From an uncultured Bacteroidales bacterium (GTDB taxonomy: Bacteria; Bacteroidota; Bacteroidia; Bacteroidales; UBA7960), in assembly GCA_964463915.1 (NCBI GenBank), contig CAYXEH010000006.1, positions 8,490-72,489 of the forward strand: a stretch of DNA of 64,000 bases, read 5' to 3'. Shown here piece after piece: positions 17,264 through 26,878 of this stretch. Within the stretch, counting starts at the first letter, position 1. Every line of letters begins with the position of its first letter. The notes below the pieces were generated by a model. The model saw only the letters and a program-made list of their open reading frames with translations, did not search any database and was not told the DNA's origin. The position numbers and the translations under genes are program-made.

Positions 17264-19372
17264 ATGGGCAAAGCAAAACATACAAAACTCAAAAAATCTC
17301 TCGGACTGTTTGACCTGTTTGCCATCAGTACCGGTGCCATGTTCAGTTCAGGGTTTTTCCTGCTTCCCGGGCTGGCATACGCCCAGGCAGGTCCTGCCGT
17401 TGTACTGGCCTATTTACTGAGCGGACTGCTCATGTTACCGGCCATGTTCAGCATTGCCGAACTGGCCACTGCTCTGCCAAGGGCCGGAGGGTCCTACTAT
17501 TTCATTGATCGCAGCCTGGGTCCCCTGGCCGGAAACCTCGGAGGATTTGGGGTATATACCTCGCTGGTGCTTAAAACCTCTTTCACCCTGGTAGGTATGG
17601 GAGCCTACAGCTGTCTGTTTCTTGATCTGCCTGTTAAGGTGGTTGCCCTGAGTCTGGCCATTGTATTTATGTTCCTTAACCTCTTTGGTGCAAAACATAG
17701 TTCCGGCCTGCAAAAAATTCTGGTGGTGACCCTTATTGTGATACTCGCCTTTTTTATGATCCAGGGATTCGTTTATATATTCGGAGACATGGGCACAACC
17801 CGGTTGCAGGATACCTACACCCCTCTGCTTCCATACGGCCCGATGGGCCTGCTGACCACCATCGGGTTTGTCTTTATTTCCTATGCCGGGTTAACCAAGA
17901 TCGAAAGTGTGGCAGAAGAAGTAAAGAACCCGGAAAGGAACATTCCACTGGGCATGATCCTTTCCCTGATGGCAACCATGGTTATCTACACCCTCGGCGT
18001 ATTTGTTGTGGTTGCGGTCCTTGACCACACTGCGCTGGTAGAAGACATGACACCCATTGCCACAGCCGGCGATGCCTTTATGAGCTGGCTGCCCGGTGAA
18101 TCCGGATTGCTCATCCTGGTGATTGCAGCATTTGCCGCTTTCGCCTCCACAGGAAATGCCGGCATCATGTCAGCCTCACGCTATCCCCTTGCCATGGCAA
18201 GGGACAGGCTGCTCCCACCGGCATTTGCAAGAATCAACCGCTTTTACACACCGGGAATATCCATCATAACCACCTCCGCCATTGTGGCTGTTTTTATCCT
18301 CCTATTCACCGCCTCTGAAATCGCCAAGATGGCAAGTACCGTCCACCTGGTTATCATGCTGCTGCTCAACGTGTCGGTCATTGTCATGCGCAAGAGCGAA
18401 ATACCTTCATACGACCCGGGGTTCAGGTCTCCGATGTTCCCTTATATCCAGTATTTCGGGATTGCCGTTTATGGTGTACTGATTATCTATATGGGAGCAC
18501 TTCCCCTGGTATTGGGTGCGGGAGTTTTTCTTCTCGCCCATTTATGGTACAGGTATTACGGCAGAAAAAACACGCGTCGGGAAGGGGCAATTTTTCACTG
18601 GTTCGCCAGGATGGGAAAATACCAGGATCCCGGCCTTGAATGGGAGTTTATTGAACTGCTGAAGGAAAAAGGCCTTCGGGAGGATGACCCCTTTGATCAT
18701 CTGATTATCGAAACCAATATCCTGATAAAGAACCGTTTATTTGACAATTTTGACAGACTCCTGACCCAGGTCTCAAAAAGCTTTTCAAGAGAGCTCGGAC
18801 AGCAACCCGGAAGAATCGAAGCCGCCTTCCGGGAAAAATCTCCAATTGACCCAAGCCTGCTCTACCCGCAGGTATCTTTACTGCATGCTCAACTTGAGCA
18901 GATGCAAACACCCAGGCTGAAAATTGTCCTGTCAAAAAAAGGAATCAAAAGGAGTGTGGAGAAGGGGGGCATACACTCAACCGACACGATCCATGTATTC
19001 TTTTTCCTGGTCAGCCCGGCCGGCGACCAACGCCAGCATTTGCGATTGCTGGTACGCATTTCCGATATCCTGGAAAGAGAGAACTTCGTGGAGAAAATGC
19101 TGGAATGCAGAGACGAACAACGTGTCAAAGAATATTTACTGCACCATGAGCGTTATATTTCCCTGGACCTGGTATCCGGCTCCCCGGCCGAAGCTTTTAT
19201 CGGCCAGAACACAGGGGAGCTTGATCTTCCCGCTGACACCCTGCCGGTATTGATAAGGAGGAAAACCAGGGTGTTTACACCCGATAGCCATACCACGTTA
19301 AAGGAAAACGACTCCCTTACCATCATCGGCGATCCAAAAAGCATTGACCAACTGTACAAAAAATATAAATAG
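17264..19372 (+). CDS. APC-superfamily permease fused to a PTS-EIIA(Ntr)-like domain and a TrkA-C (RCK_C) domain
   Basis: The first ~440 aa are polytopic and begin like amino-acid/polyamine permeases (LGLFDLFAISTGAMFSSGFFLLPG). The middle region (SLLHAQLE ... VHVFFFLVSPAGDQRQHLRLLVRISDIL) looks EIIA_2-like. The tail (TLKENDSLTIIGDPKSIDQL) looks TrkA-C-like. Confidence 0.65.
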   Translation: MGKAKHTKLKKSLGLFDLFAISTGAMFSSGFFLLPGLAYAQAGPAVVLAYLLSGLLMLPAMFSIAELATALPRAGGSYYFIDRSLGPLAGNLGGFGVYTSLVLKTSFTLVGMGAYSCLFLDLPVKVVALSLAIVFMFLNLFGAKHSSGLQKILVVTLIVILAFFMIQGFVYIFGDMGTTRLQDTYTPLLPYGPMGLLTTIGFVFISYAGLTKIESVAEEVKNPERNIPLGMILSLMATMVIYTLGVFVVVAVLDHTALVEDMTPIATAGDAFMSWLPGESGLLILVIAAFAAFASTGNAGIMSASRYPLAMARDRLLPPAFARINRFYTPGISIITTSAIVAVFILLFTASEIAKMASTVHLVIMLLLNVSVIVMRKSEIPSYDPGFRSPMFPYIQYFGIAVYGVLIIYMGALPLVLGAGVFLLAHLWYRYYGRKNTRREGAIFHWFARMGKYQDPGLEWEFIELLKEKGLREDDPFDHLIIETNILIKNRLFDNFDRLLTQVSKSFSRELGQQPGRIEAAFREKSPIDPSLLYPQVSLLHAQLEQMQTPRLKIVLSKKGIKRSVEKGGIHSTDTIHVFFFLVSPAGDQRQHLRLLVRISDILERENFVEKMLECRDEQRVKEYLLHHERYISLDLVSGSPAEAFIGQNTGELDLPADTLPVLIRRKTRVFTPDSHTTLKENDSLTIIGDPKSIDQLYKKYK

Positions 19373-19374
19373 TC

Positions 19375-19833
19375 ATGTCCTCATTTTCTCATATTGACAA
19401 AGATGGAAAAGCAAACATGGTAGATGTCGGGAGCAAAGCCATACAGCAAAGAATGGCCACGGCATCCGGATTCATCACCCTGGAACCAGACACCATATCC
19501 CTTATTAAAGAAAACCAGATCAAGAAAGGCGATGTACTTACGGTGGCTGAGGTAGCCGGCATACAGGCAGCCAAACAAACATCCGCCCTGATACCGCTTT
19601 GCCACCCGCTCCAAATCACCAAAGCAGATGTGACCACAGAGATCGTTGACGAGGTGAACAACCAGGGCGTCAGGGTAAAGGCCCGGGTAAAATGCAACGG
19701 TCAAACCGGCGTGGAGATGGAAGCCCTCACTGCAGTCAGCACCGCCCTGCTTACCATATATGACATGTGCAAAGCCGTGGACAAACAAATGACACTCACA
19801 GATATCCGACTACTTGAAAAAGAAAAAATCTGA
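19375..19833 (+). CDS. moaC: cyclic pyranopterin monophosphate synthase
   Basis: Begins SHIDKDGKANMVDVGSK and contains LIPLCHPL and GVEMEALTAVSTALLTIYDMCKA. Confidence 0.9.
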   Translation: MSSFSHIDKDGKANMVDVGSKAIQQRMATASGFITLEPDTISLIKENQIKKGDVLTVAEVAGIQAAKQTSALIPLCHPLQITKADVTTEIVDEVNNQGVRVKARVKCNGQTGVEMEALTAVSTALLTIYDMCKAVDKQMTLTDIRLLEKEKI

Positions 19834-19837
19834 ATTT

Positions 19838-20767
19838 ATGGAACTGAAAATAATATCCGTTAATACCTCAAAGGAGAAAGGAACCATTAAAGAACCCGTG
19901 GAGGAAATTACGCTGAACCATCATGGCATAATGGATGACGCACACTCAGGCCCCTGGCACCGACAGGTAAGTTTGCTCGGCAAGGAAAGTGTGGACCGTT
20001 TCTCCAGTCAGGCTGGCAGGCCCATTGCCCCGGGAGAATTTGCAGAGAACATTACCACTGAGGGCGTGGAACTGGTAAAAACTTCACCACTGGATCGGTT
20101 CTCGGGAGAGAACGTAGAGCTGGAAGTTACCCAGATCGGAAAATCCTGCCACGGTTCTGCTTGCGCCATCTTCCGGGAAGTAGGCAGTTGTGTCATGCCA
20201 AAAGAAGGCATCTTTGCCAGGGTGATTCGTCAGGGATCATTAAAACCTGGGGATGTGCTGACCTATCAGCCGAGACGGTTCCGTTTTCAGGTGGTTACCC
20301 TGAGCGACAGGGCCAGCAAAGGAGAATATGCGGATCGCAGCGGCCCCCGCATTGTTGAGATTCTCAATGAGTACTATAAAGGGCAACCCCGCGATATTGA
20401 GGTTGACCACACCATTATCCCGGATGATGCCTCGAGCCTGAGCGTCCTGATTGAAAAAACCACTTATGATGAGGTGGATGTGATCATCACCACTGGTGGC
20501 ACAGGTATCGGATCACGGGATGTTACCGTGGAAACGGTCCGCCCCATGCTCGACAAGGAGATTCCCGGAATCATGGAAATGATACGGGTAAGATACGGAA
20601 AAGACAAGCCAAATGCTTTGCTTAGCCGTGGTGTAGCCGGACTTATCGGGGAAACGTTAATCTATACCCTGCCCGGGAGCGTTAAGGCGGTGAATGAGTA
20701 TATGGAAGAGATTCTGAAAACCCTGGAGCATCTGATTTATATGCGCCACGGGTTGGACGCCCATTAA
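19838..20767 (+). CDS. MOSC-domain / MoaB-Mog (MPT adenylyltransferase-like) fusion protein
   Basis: The N-terminal ~145 aa are MOSC-like (GEFAENITTEG, conserved Cys in GKSCHG). The C-terminal ~165 aa are MoaB/Mog-like (DVIITTGGTGIGSRDVT, LPGSVKAV). I use the ATG at 19838; the track ORF begins at a TTG at 19814, inside moaC. Confidence 0.75.
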   Translation: MELKIISVNTSKEKGTIKEPVEEITLNHHGIMDDAHSGPWHRQVSLLGKESVDRFSSQAGRPIAPGEFAENITTEGVELVKTSPLDRFSGENVELEVTQIGKSCHGSACAIFREVGSCVMPKEGIFARVIRQGSLKPGDVLTYQPRRFRFQVVTLSDRASKGEYADRSGPRIVEILNEYYKGQPRDIEVDHTIIPDDASSLSVLIEKTTYDEVDVIITTGGTGIGSRDVTVETVRPMLDKEIPGIMEMIRVRYGKDKPNALLSRGVAGLIGETLIYTLPGSVKAVNEYMEEILKTLEHLIYMRHGLDAH

Positions 20768-20782
20768 GCGGAAAAGCGAAAA

Positions 20783-21997
20783 CTATTTGGGGACCAAAAC
20801 CCCATCCTCATATTTTACCACAAAAGCATCACTGACTCCATTTGCCCACAACTCACGCATATGGATGATAGCTACCGCTAACTTATCAAAGTTACCCGAG
20901 ATATACTTATACCATCCGTCTATGTGATATTTCTGAAGCTGGTCGTTGATGCCAAGGTAATCACTGGCCTCCTCAATACTCAGATTCTTTTTATGTGCCA
21001 TCACCTGAACGGAATAGAAAGTCTCAGGTGTTTGCTCCGCTTCTTTTTCATTCTCGTCCATCCGCCGTTCAAGGTCATCCACAGTTTCCAACAGCGCTTC
21101 ATAATGACGCAGTAACTCGACCTGCTCCTGTGTAAGCTCACCTATTTCATCTGTTATAAGCTTCATATGCTGGTCATGTTCATCCCCGACTGCTGAGAGA
21201 TCATCTTCTACAGTATCCATGCGTGAAGCGAGCTGATTCATCCTGTCCACATCCCCCGGATACATCGCATCCTCAATGGGGGCCCAGTCTTTTGAGTTGG
21301 TATTATTTCCGAGCCTGAAAGTAAGACCAACACTGGTATAATTATACATGTCTTTCCTGCTTCCTGTAACCACCCTTGCATCCAGTTCATCGGTCATGGC
21401 ATATTGAAACGATGACTTCACTCCGATATCAATCCTTTCAGAGACCTTGAAATTAACTCCCATTCCAAATGGGATGACCCAGGAGCCTTCCGTCTGGCCT
21501 TCCAGGGATTCATCGTAAGGGTACCTGAGTACATTGCCGGTTTGCAGCTCCATTAACTTCGATTCAAACGAAATTGCGCCTAACCCTGTAAACCCATAGA
21601 TATTCATCCAGCGGTTTGTGCTGCTCCGGGGTGCCAGTAACCCATTCAGGCTAACGTTGGCTGTGAGGGAAGCATGCATCATTATATTGTCAAATTTCCT
21701 GTTATCCTCCGTATTCAAACCAGTCATCTCTCCATAAAGGAAATTTGTCTGAAGCGTAAGTACGGGTGATGCATGGTAATTAAGAAACAGGCCGGCTCCG
21801 TAACCCTCTTCGCCGGATGCCGGCAGAAAGTTCTCTTCCTTCACATCGGTGAACGGGATCAGTAATCCCCCGCTCAAACCAAAAGAGAAACGGTTATAGT
21901 CATCGGGGATCTCCGGGGCTTCCGCCGCACCAAAGGCCGGTACGGACAGTAATCCAAACAAAAGCAAAAAGGCCAGGCAATTTGTTGTTCGTTTCAT
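20783..21997 (-). CDS. outer-membrane beta-barrel / coiled-coil / SPOR-domain protein
   Basis: The signal peptide starts at Met28 of the track ORF. Alternating beta-strand pattern ends in GLTFRLG. An acidic coiled-coil stretch follows. The C-terminal region resembles a SPOR domain (FYSVQVMAHKK ... WYKYISGNF). Confidence 0.55.
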   Translation of the reverse strand: MKRTTNCLAFLLLFGLLSVPAFGAAEAPEIPDDYNRFSFGLSGGLLIPFTDVKEENFLPASGEEGYGAGLFLNYHASPVLTLQTNFLYGEMTGLNTEDNRKFDNIMMHASLTANVSLNGLLAPRSSTNRWMNIYGFTGLGAISFESKLMELQTGNVLRYPYDESLEGQTEGSWVIPFGMGVNFKVSERIDIGVKSSFQYAMTDELDARVVTGSRKDMYNYTSVGLTFRLGNNTNSKDWAPIEDAMYPGDVDRMNQLASRMDTVEDDLSAVGDEHDQHMKLITDEIGELTQEQVELLRHYEALLETVDDLERRMDENEKEAEQTPETFYSVQVMAHKKNLSIEEASDYLGINDQLQKYHIDGWYKYISGNFDKLAVAIIHMRELWANGVSDAFVVKYEDGVLVPK

Positions 21998-22120
21998 AAT
22001 AATCAGTAAAATATATGCTACACCAATTCTATTTATTAGTATTATACTGATAATTAAACAAAAGGTTACAGAAAGCAAAGTTTCCCGGCAATGAGCCTTG
22101 TCAGAACAAGTCTGAAATTA

Positions 22121-23791
22121 TCAGAACAACCCTGAAATATTCCCGTCTTTATCGATGTCGATATTCTCAGCCGATGGCTGTGAGGGAAGACCCGGCATAC
22201 GCATAATGGTACCTGCAATGGGCACAAGGAACCCGGCACCGGATGCCACTTCAAACTCCCGGATCTTGACAGTAAAACCTTTCGGTCGTCCAATCTTATA
22301 GGGGTCGTCAGAAAGAGATTTTTGTGTCTTGGCCACACAAACGGGAAGTTTGTCCAGGCCGATTCGCTCAAACTGGGCGATCTGGGATTTGGCTTTTACC
22401 GTATATTCCACATGATCGGCTCCGTAGAGTTTGGTAGCAATGGTGTGTAGTTTTTTCTCAATGCTCCAGTTAAAATCATACAGGGGTTCAAAGCAGGTAG
22501 TGCAACTATCGGCTGCTTCCTTTACCAGTTTTGCCAGCTCCAGTGATCCTTCTCCCCCTTTTTCCCATCCTTCATAAATGGCCACCCGAATGCCCAGTTC
22601 TTCACACCGCTTTTTCACAATGGCGATTTCCTCATCCGTATCGGTATAGAATTTATTGATGGCCACCACCGGCTTCAGGTTAAAATGCTGAATATTCTCT
22701 ATGTGTTTTTCGAGATTTTCCAGTCCTTTGGTAACGGCTTCCGGATTGGGTTCTTTCAATGCCGGTAACCTGACCCCGCCATGATACTTCAGGGCCCGAA
22801 TGGTAGCAACGATTACTGAAGCATTCGGAGTCAATCCGCCATACTGGGATTTAATATCCAGGAATTTCTCCGCTCCCAGTTCTGAAGCAAAACCAGCCTC
22901 TGTGACAACATAATCAGATAAGGACAAGCCCATTTTGGTGGCAATGAGGGTATTGGTCCCCTGGGCAATGTTCGCAAAGGGTCCGCCGTGTACAATCGCA
23001 GGATTGCCTTCGATACTCTGCACCAGGTTGGGCATGATGGCATATTTCATCAGGGCAGCCATGGCACCCTCGGCTTTGAACTCCCTGGCATACACTGGTT
23101 CATCATCATAGGTAAAGCCCACCAGAATATTTCCAAACTTTTCCTTCAGGTCTTCCAGGTCTGTGGCCAGGCACAATGCGGCCATCACCTCTGATGCCGC
23201 CGTAATGTCAAAGCCCGTTTCGCGTGGGATGCCTTGCTTTCTGCCCCCAAGACCGATAATAATGTTACGCAGGGCTCTTTCATTCATATCAATTACCCGC
23301 TTCCAGATTATTTTTCGCGGGTCCAGGCTCAAAAAGTTATTCTTGCTTTGCAGATGATTATCGACAAGGCCGGCAAGAAGATTATGCGTTTTTTCCACCG
23401 CCGCCAGGTCTCCGGTGAAATGCAGGTTGATGTCTTCCATGGGAAGCACCTGGGCACGGCCCCCACCGGCAGCACCCCCTTTGATCCCGAATACGGGACC
23501 CAGCGAAGGCTCCCGGATTACCACGGTAGATTTTACCCCGAGCTTGTTCAATCCTTCAGAAAGACCAATGGAGGTCGTGGTTTTTCCCTCCCCCGCAGGT
23601 GTGGGAGTGATGGCAGTGACCAGCACCAATTTCTTGTTGGAAGCAGCTTTTTCATCAATCAGTTTCAGGGGCAATTTGGCCATGTATCTTCCAATTTGAT
23701 AAAGGTCGGCCTCCTCCACACCCAGCTTGGCCGCCACTTCTGTAATGGGGCGCATCTTAGTCTCCCGGGCAATGTCAAGATCGGTTTTCAT
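22121..23791 (-). CDS. fhs: formate--tetrahydrofolate ligase
   Basis: 556 aa with TAITPTPAGEGKTTTSIGL and GGPFANIAQG. Confidence 0.95.
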   Translation of the reverse strand: MKTDLDIARETKMRPITEVAAKLGVEEADLYQIGRYMAKLPLKLIDEKAASNKKLVLVTAITPTPAGEGKTTTSIGLSEGLNKLGVKSTVVIREPSLGPVFGIKGGAAGGGRAQVLPMEDINLHFTGDLAAVEKTHNLLAGLVDNHLQSKNNFLSLDPRKIIWKRVIDMNERALRNIIIGLGGRKQGIPRETGFDITAASEVMAALCLATDLEDLKEKFGNILVGFTYDDEPVYAREFKAEGAMAALMKYAIMPNLVQSIEGNPAIVHGGPFANIAQGTNTLIATKMGLSLSDYVVTEAGFASELGAEKFLDIKSQYGGLTPNASVIVATIRALKYHGGVRLPALKEPNPEAVTKGLENLEKHIENIQHFNLKPVVAINKFYTDTDEEIAIVKKRCEELGIRVAIYEGWEKGGEGSLELAKLVKEAADSCTTCFEPLYDFNWSIEKKLHTIATKLYGADHVEYTVKAKSQIAQFERIGLDKLPVCVAKTQKSLSDDPYKIGRPKGFTVKIREFEVASGAGFLVPIAGTIMRMPGLPSQPSAENIDIDKDGNISGLF

Positions 23792-23997
23792 AGTCGTCCG
23801 TATTTAAGTTAAATAAATATACTGTTAAAATAGACAATTTTCTTGTTAAATAAACCCGGGATGGATTCATTTTGTTTTATGTCCCGGGTATAATTCTTTG
23901 TATAATCGTTCTGATGTTCTGCCCATTTGCCCGCCTAAACATTATCCGGCAGACAAATTTCTCTGTATATTCGTGCAGACCAATCTTATCCCATCCC

Positions 23998-26304
23998 ATG
24001 CAAATTAATATTCCCCGGGCACTTCTTACCCTTGCAATGGCCCTATTGTGCACAGCCTGTCAACATAACCAAAACCCTGTCCCTGAGGAAGGAGTCAGCA
24101 AAACGCTTGCCCGCCAAAGGAATGAACAGATTTCACATCCGGCCTATGAGCTTTCTTTTGACATCCCGGCCCAAAAAGCCCGACCGCTTACCGGCACGAC
24201 CACCATTACTTTTACCCATGAAGAACCCCCCAAAGATGTCATCCTGGATTTTGACGGTGGCAGTGACCATATTCACCAGGTAGAGATTAACGGTGAAACG
24301 GCCGGTTACGAGGTACAAAATGGCCACCTGTTACTACCCCGGTCAACCATCCGGCAGGGACAAAACAAGGTGTTTGTGGAATTCACAGCTGGCGACCAGG
24401 CCATGAACCGTTCAGAGGAGTTTTTATACACCCTGGTAGTTCCTGATCGTGCCTCAACTGTGTTTCCGTGTTTCGATCAGCCTGACCTCAAGGCGGCTTT
24501 TTCGCTGAAACTGGAATTGCCTGAAACCTGGACGGCCGTCGCCAACGGCACACTGACCCGGCAAGAAAAGCAAAACGGACGCCGGATCATGTTTTTTTCG
24601 CCGGATCAGCCCATATCAACCTATCTATTCGCTTTTGCAGCCGGAGTTTTTCAAAGAGAATCCATGACAAGGGAACACCGGACCATCACCATTTTTCACC
24701 GGGAAGAAAGAGATGACCGTTTACAAACCAATCTTGATGACATTTTTGAGCTCCATTTCAGCTCCCTGGACTGGCTGGAGAACTACACAGACATCCCTTA
24801 TCCTTTTGCCAAATTTGAGATGGTACTGTTACCGGGGTTTCAGTACAGCGGCATGGAACACCCGGGTGCCATATGGTATCGTGACAACAGGCTGTTACTT
24901 GACAAAGAGCCGGCCGTAACGGAGGAATTGTCAAGGGCGGCTTTGATCGCCCATGAAACAGCCCATATGTGGTTTGGCAACCTGGTTACCATGGAATGGT
25001 TCGATGATGTGTGGCTGAAAGAAGTTTTTGCGGGTTTCATGGCCGACAAGATCACCCATCCGCAATATCCGGAAATTAACCATGAACTCGAATTTTACCT
25101 GACCCATTATCCCAGGGCCCTTGCAGTAGACCGCAGCCGGGGCACCCACCCCATCAAACAGGAACTGGAGAACCTGAAACTGGCGGGCACCCTTTACGGG
25201 GCCATTATTTATAACAAGGCACCCATTGTATTCCGGAACCTGGAAGAAGTAATGGGGGAAGAAAATTTTCACCGGGCGGTAAAAGACTACCTCCGCACCT
25301 ATGCCCTGAACAATGCAGACTGGGATGAGCTGGCGGAAATCTTTGACCGTCACAGCGAGCAGGATCTTAAACAATGGAGTGAACGATGGATTTATGGAAC
25401 AGGGATGCCGGAGATATCCACGGAAGGGATGGATGAGGAAACCGCCAGGGCAGCCCGTTACCTTAGGATGCACGAAAATTTTTTGGACGGAGTGGGAGAT
25501 GTCTACGCATATTATAAGGCACTAACTTCACAAATCGGACGAGAAGAAAATCACAGGATTGCCACTTACCTCCTTGGCAATCTTGATGAAGTTTTCTGGC
25601 GGTTTTTTAACCAGGATGACAGGATACGTCACGCAGAGGAACTGGAGAATTTGCTATGGGATAAAGTGTTGCAAAGCCCGGCCTCTGACAAAAATACCTA
25701 TCTCAGGCATTATGCCTCCATGGTTCTGACCAGGGAAGGCACAGACAGGCTTGTGAACCTCCTGGAAGGATCCCTGGAAATAACCGGACATTCATTATCA
25801 GAAGAAAGACGATTTGACCTTATTGTAGCCCTGAAGCTGAGAGACCATCCGGAGGCATCACGGCTGTTGCAGCAGCTGAAAGGAGATACCAGCAATCCGG
25901 ACCGCCAAAGACGAATTGCTTTCGTTCAACCAGCGCTTTCCTCTGACCCTTCTGTGCGGGAAGCATTCTTTCATGGGCTCACTGACCCGGCCGGACGCAG
26001 GCCTGAACCCTGGGCGCTTGAGGGGCTGGGTTACTTTCACCACCCCCTGAGGCATGCACATAGCAGGGCGTTTATCTCTCCAAGCCTTGAGTTGCTTGAG
26101 GAGGTGCAGAAAACAGGAGACATCTTTTTCCCCTTGCGCTGGCTTGAGGCCACATTCAACGGCTATGGCTGCCAGGAGAGTGTTACAGCTACCCGGGAGT
26201 TTCTTGAACAACATGACGGATTGCATCCAAATCTTCGACTGAAAACCCTTCAGGCCGCAGACCTGATGTTCAGGGCGGCTTCCCGAAACCAGGCACAGCA
26301 CTGA
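23998..26304 (+). CDS. M1-family aminopeptidase (lipoprotein)
   Basis: GAMEN-like GMEHPG plus the gluzincin motif HETAHMWFGNLVTMEWFDDVWLKE. The start is placed at Met43 (ATG 23998), giving the signal and lipobox LLCTAC. Confidence 0.85.
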   Translation: MQINIPRALLTLAMALLCTACQHNQNPVPEEGVSKTLARQRNEQISHPAYELSFDIPAQKARPLTGTTTITFTHEEPPKDVILDFDGGSDHIHQVEINGETAGYEVQNGHLLLPRSTIRQGQNKVFVEFTAGDQAMNRSEEFLYTLVVPDRASTVFPCFDQPDLKAAFSLKLELPETWTAVANGTLTRQEKQNGRRIMFFSPDQPISTYLFAFAAGVFQRESMTREHRTITIFHREERDDRLQTNLDDIFELHFSSLDWLENYTDIPYPFAKFEMVLLPGFQYSGMEHPGAIWYRDNRLLLDKEPAVTEELSRAALIAHETAHMWFGNLVTMEWFDDVWLKEVFAGFMADKITHPQYPEINHELEFYLTHYPRALAVDRSRGTHPIKQELENLKLAGTLYGAIIYNKAPIVFRNLEEVMGEENFHRAVKDYLRTYALNNADWDELAEIFDRHSEQDLKQWSERWIYGTGMPEISTEGMDEETARAARYLRMHENFLDGVGDVYAYYKALTSQIGREENHRIATYLLGNLDEVFWRFFNQDDRIRHAEELENLLWDKVLQSPASDKNTYLRHYASMVLTREGTDRLVNLLEGSLEITGHSLSEERRFDLIVALKLRDHPEASRLLQQLKGDTSNPDRQRRIAFVQPALSSDPSVREAFFHGLTDPAGRRPEPWALEGLGYFHHPLRHAHSRAFISPSLELLEEVQKTGDIFFPLRWLEATFNGYGCQESVTATREFLEQHDGLHPNLRLKTLQAADLMFRAASRNQAQH

Positions 26305-26305
26305 C

Positions 26306-26857
26306 CTAGAGGCTGACATCCACACCTACGCGGAAAAAGGGGTTGTCCATATAGGCCTGGCTGTCCTCATTGAAGTTATAGAGCAGCAGGAGGTTAAGAC
26401 GCAGCCGGTGCGAAAGGGGCAGTGCGTATCCGGCACCAAGCAGGAAATTATTCTCGCTGATGGAAGGCCTGTCTTCATCCCCCGTTGGAAGAGGACTACG
26501 CGATTCAAGCCAAAGTTTCTCATATTCTCCGTGCAGGAAGAGGTTGGAAATTGTCCGAAGGCGTGCAAATGCATTGGCGCCGTAGGTATGGGAAGAAAAG
26601 GTGTCTATCCCCCAGCTGTCGTGGGTATACTGATAATTACCCCCAATACCGGCAGAAAGACGGTTTGTAATGCGATAACCGGCATGCAGATGGACCCCGA
26701 TTGAGGTAAATGTGCCGAATTGCAATCCCACGAATCCTCCCACAAATATGCGCTCACGCGGGCTAAGGTCGTCAACATCAGGCTCATCCGCATAGAGCTG
26801 ACCTGGACTCCATGCAATTATTGCTGCAAATATGGCGGCCACAACCAGTTGTCTCAT
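26306..26857 (-). CDS. small outer-membrane beta-barrel-like protein (hypothetical)
   Basis: It has a signal peptide (AIIAWSPGQLYA), amphipathic beta-strand periodicity and a terminal aromatic-rich strand. No motif-level assignment is possible. Confidence 0.4.
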   Translation of the reverse strand: MRQLVVAAIFAAIIAWSPGQLYADEPDVDDLSPRERIFVGGFVGLQFGTFTSIGVHLHAGYRITNRLSAGIGGNYQYTHDSWGIDTFSSHTYGANAFARLRTISNLFLHGEYEKLWLESRSPLPTGDEDRPSISENNFLLGAGYALPLSHRLRLNLLLLYNFNEDSQAYMDNPFFRVGVDVSL

Positions 26858-26878
26858 GTCTCTTCCTTTGATAAGATT

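Noticed and set aside
22066-22371. ORF 22066..22371 (-, 101 aa) and numerous other 60-230-aa ORFs overlapping annotated genes, for example 49566..50171, 50618..51253, 53094..53897, 57657..58319, 59339..60034 and 62873..63580
   Set aside because: All lie out of frame or antisense within longer ORFs that carry clear family motifs. Their translations are compositionally skewed (Arg/Ser/Pro/Gly/His-rich), as is typical of shadow frames.
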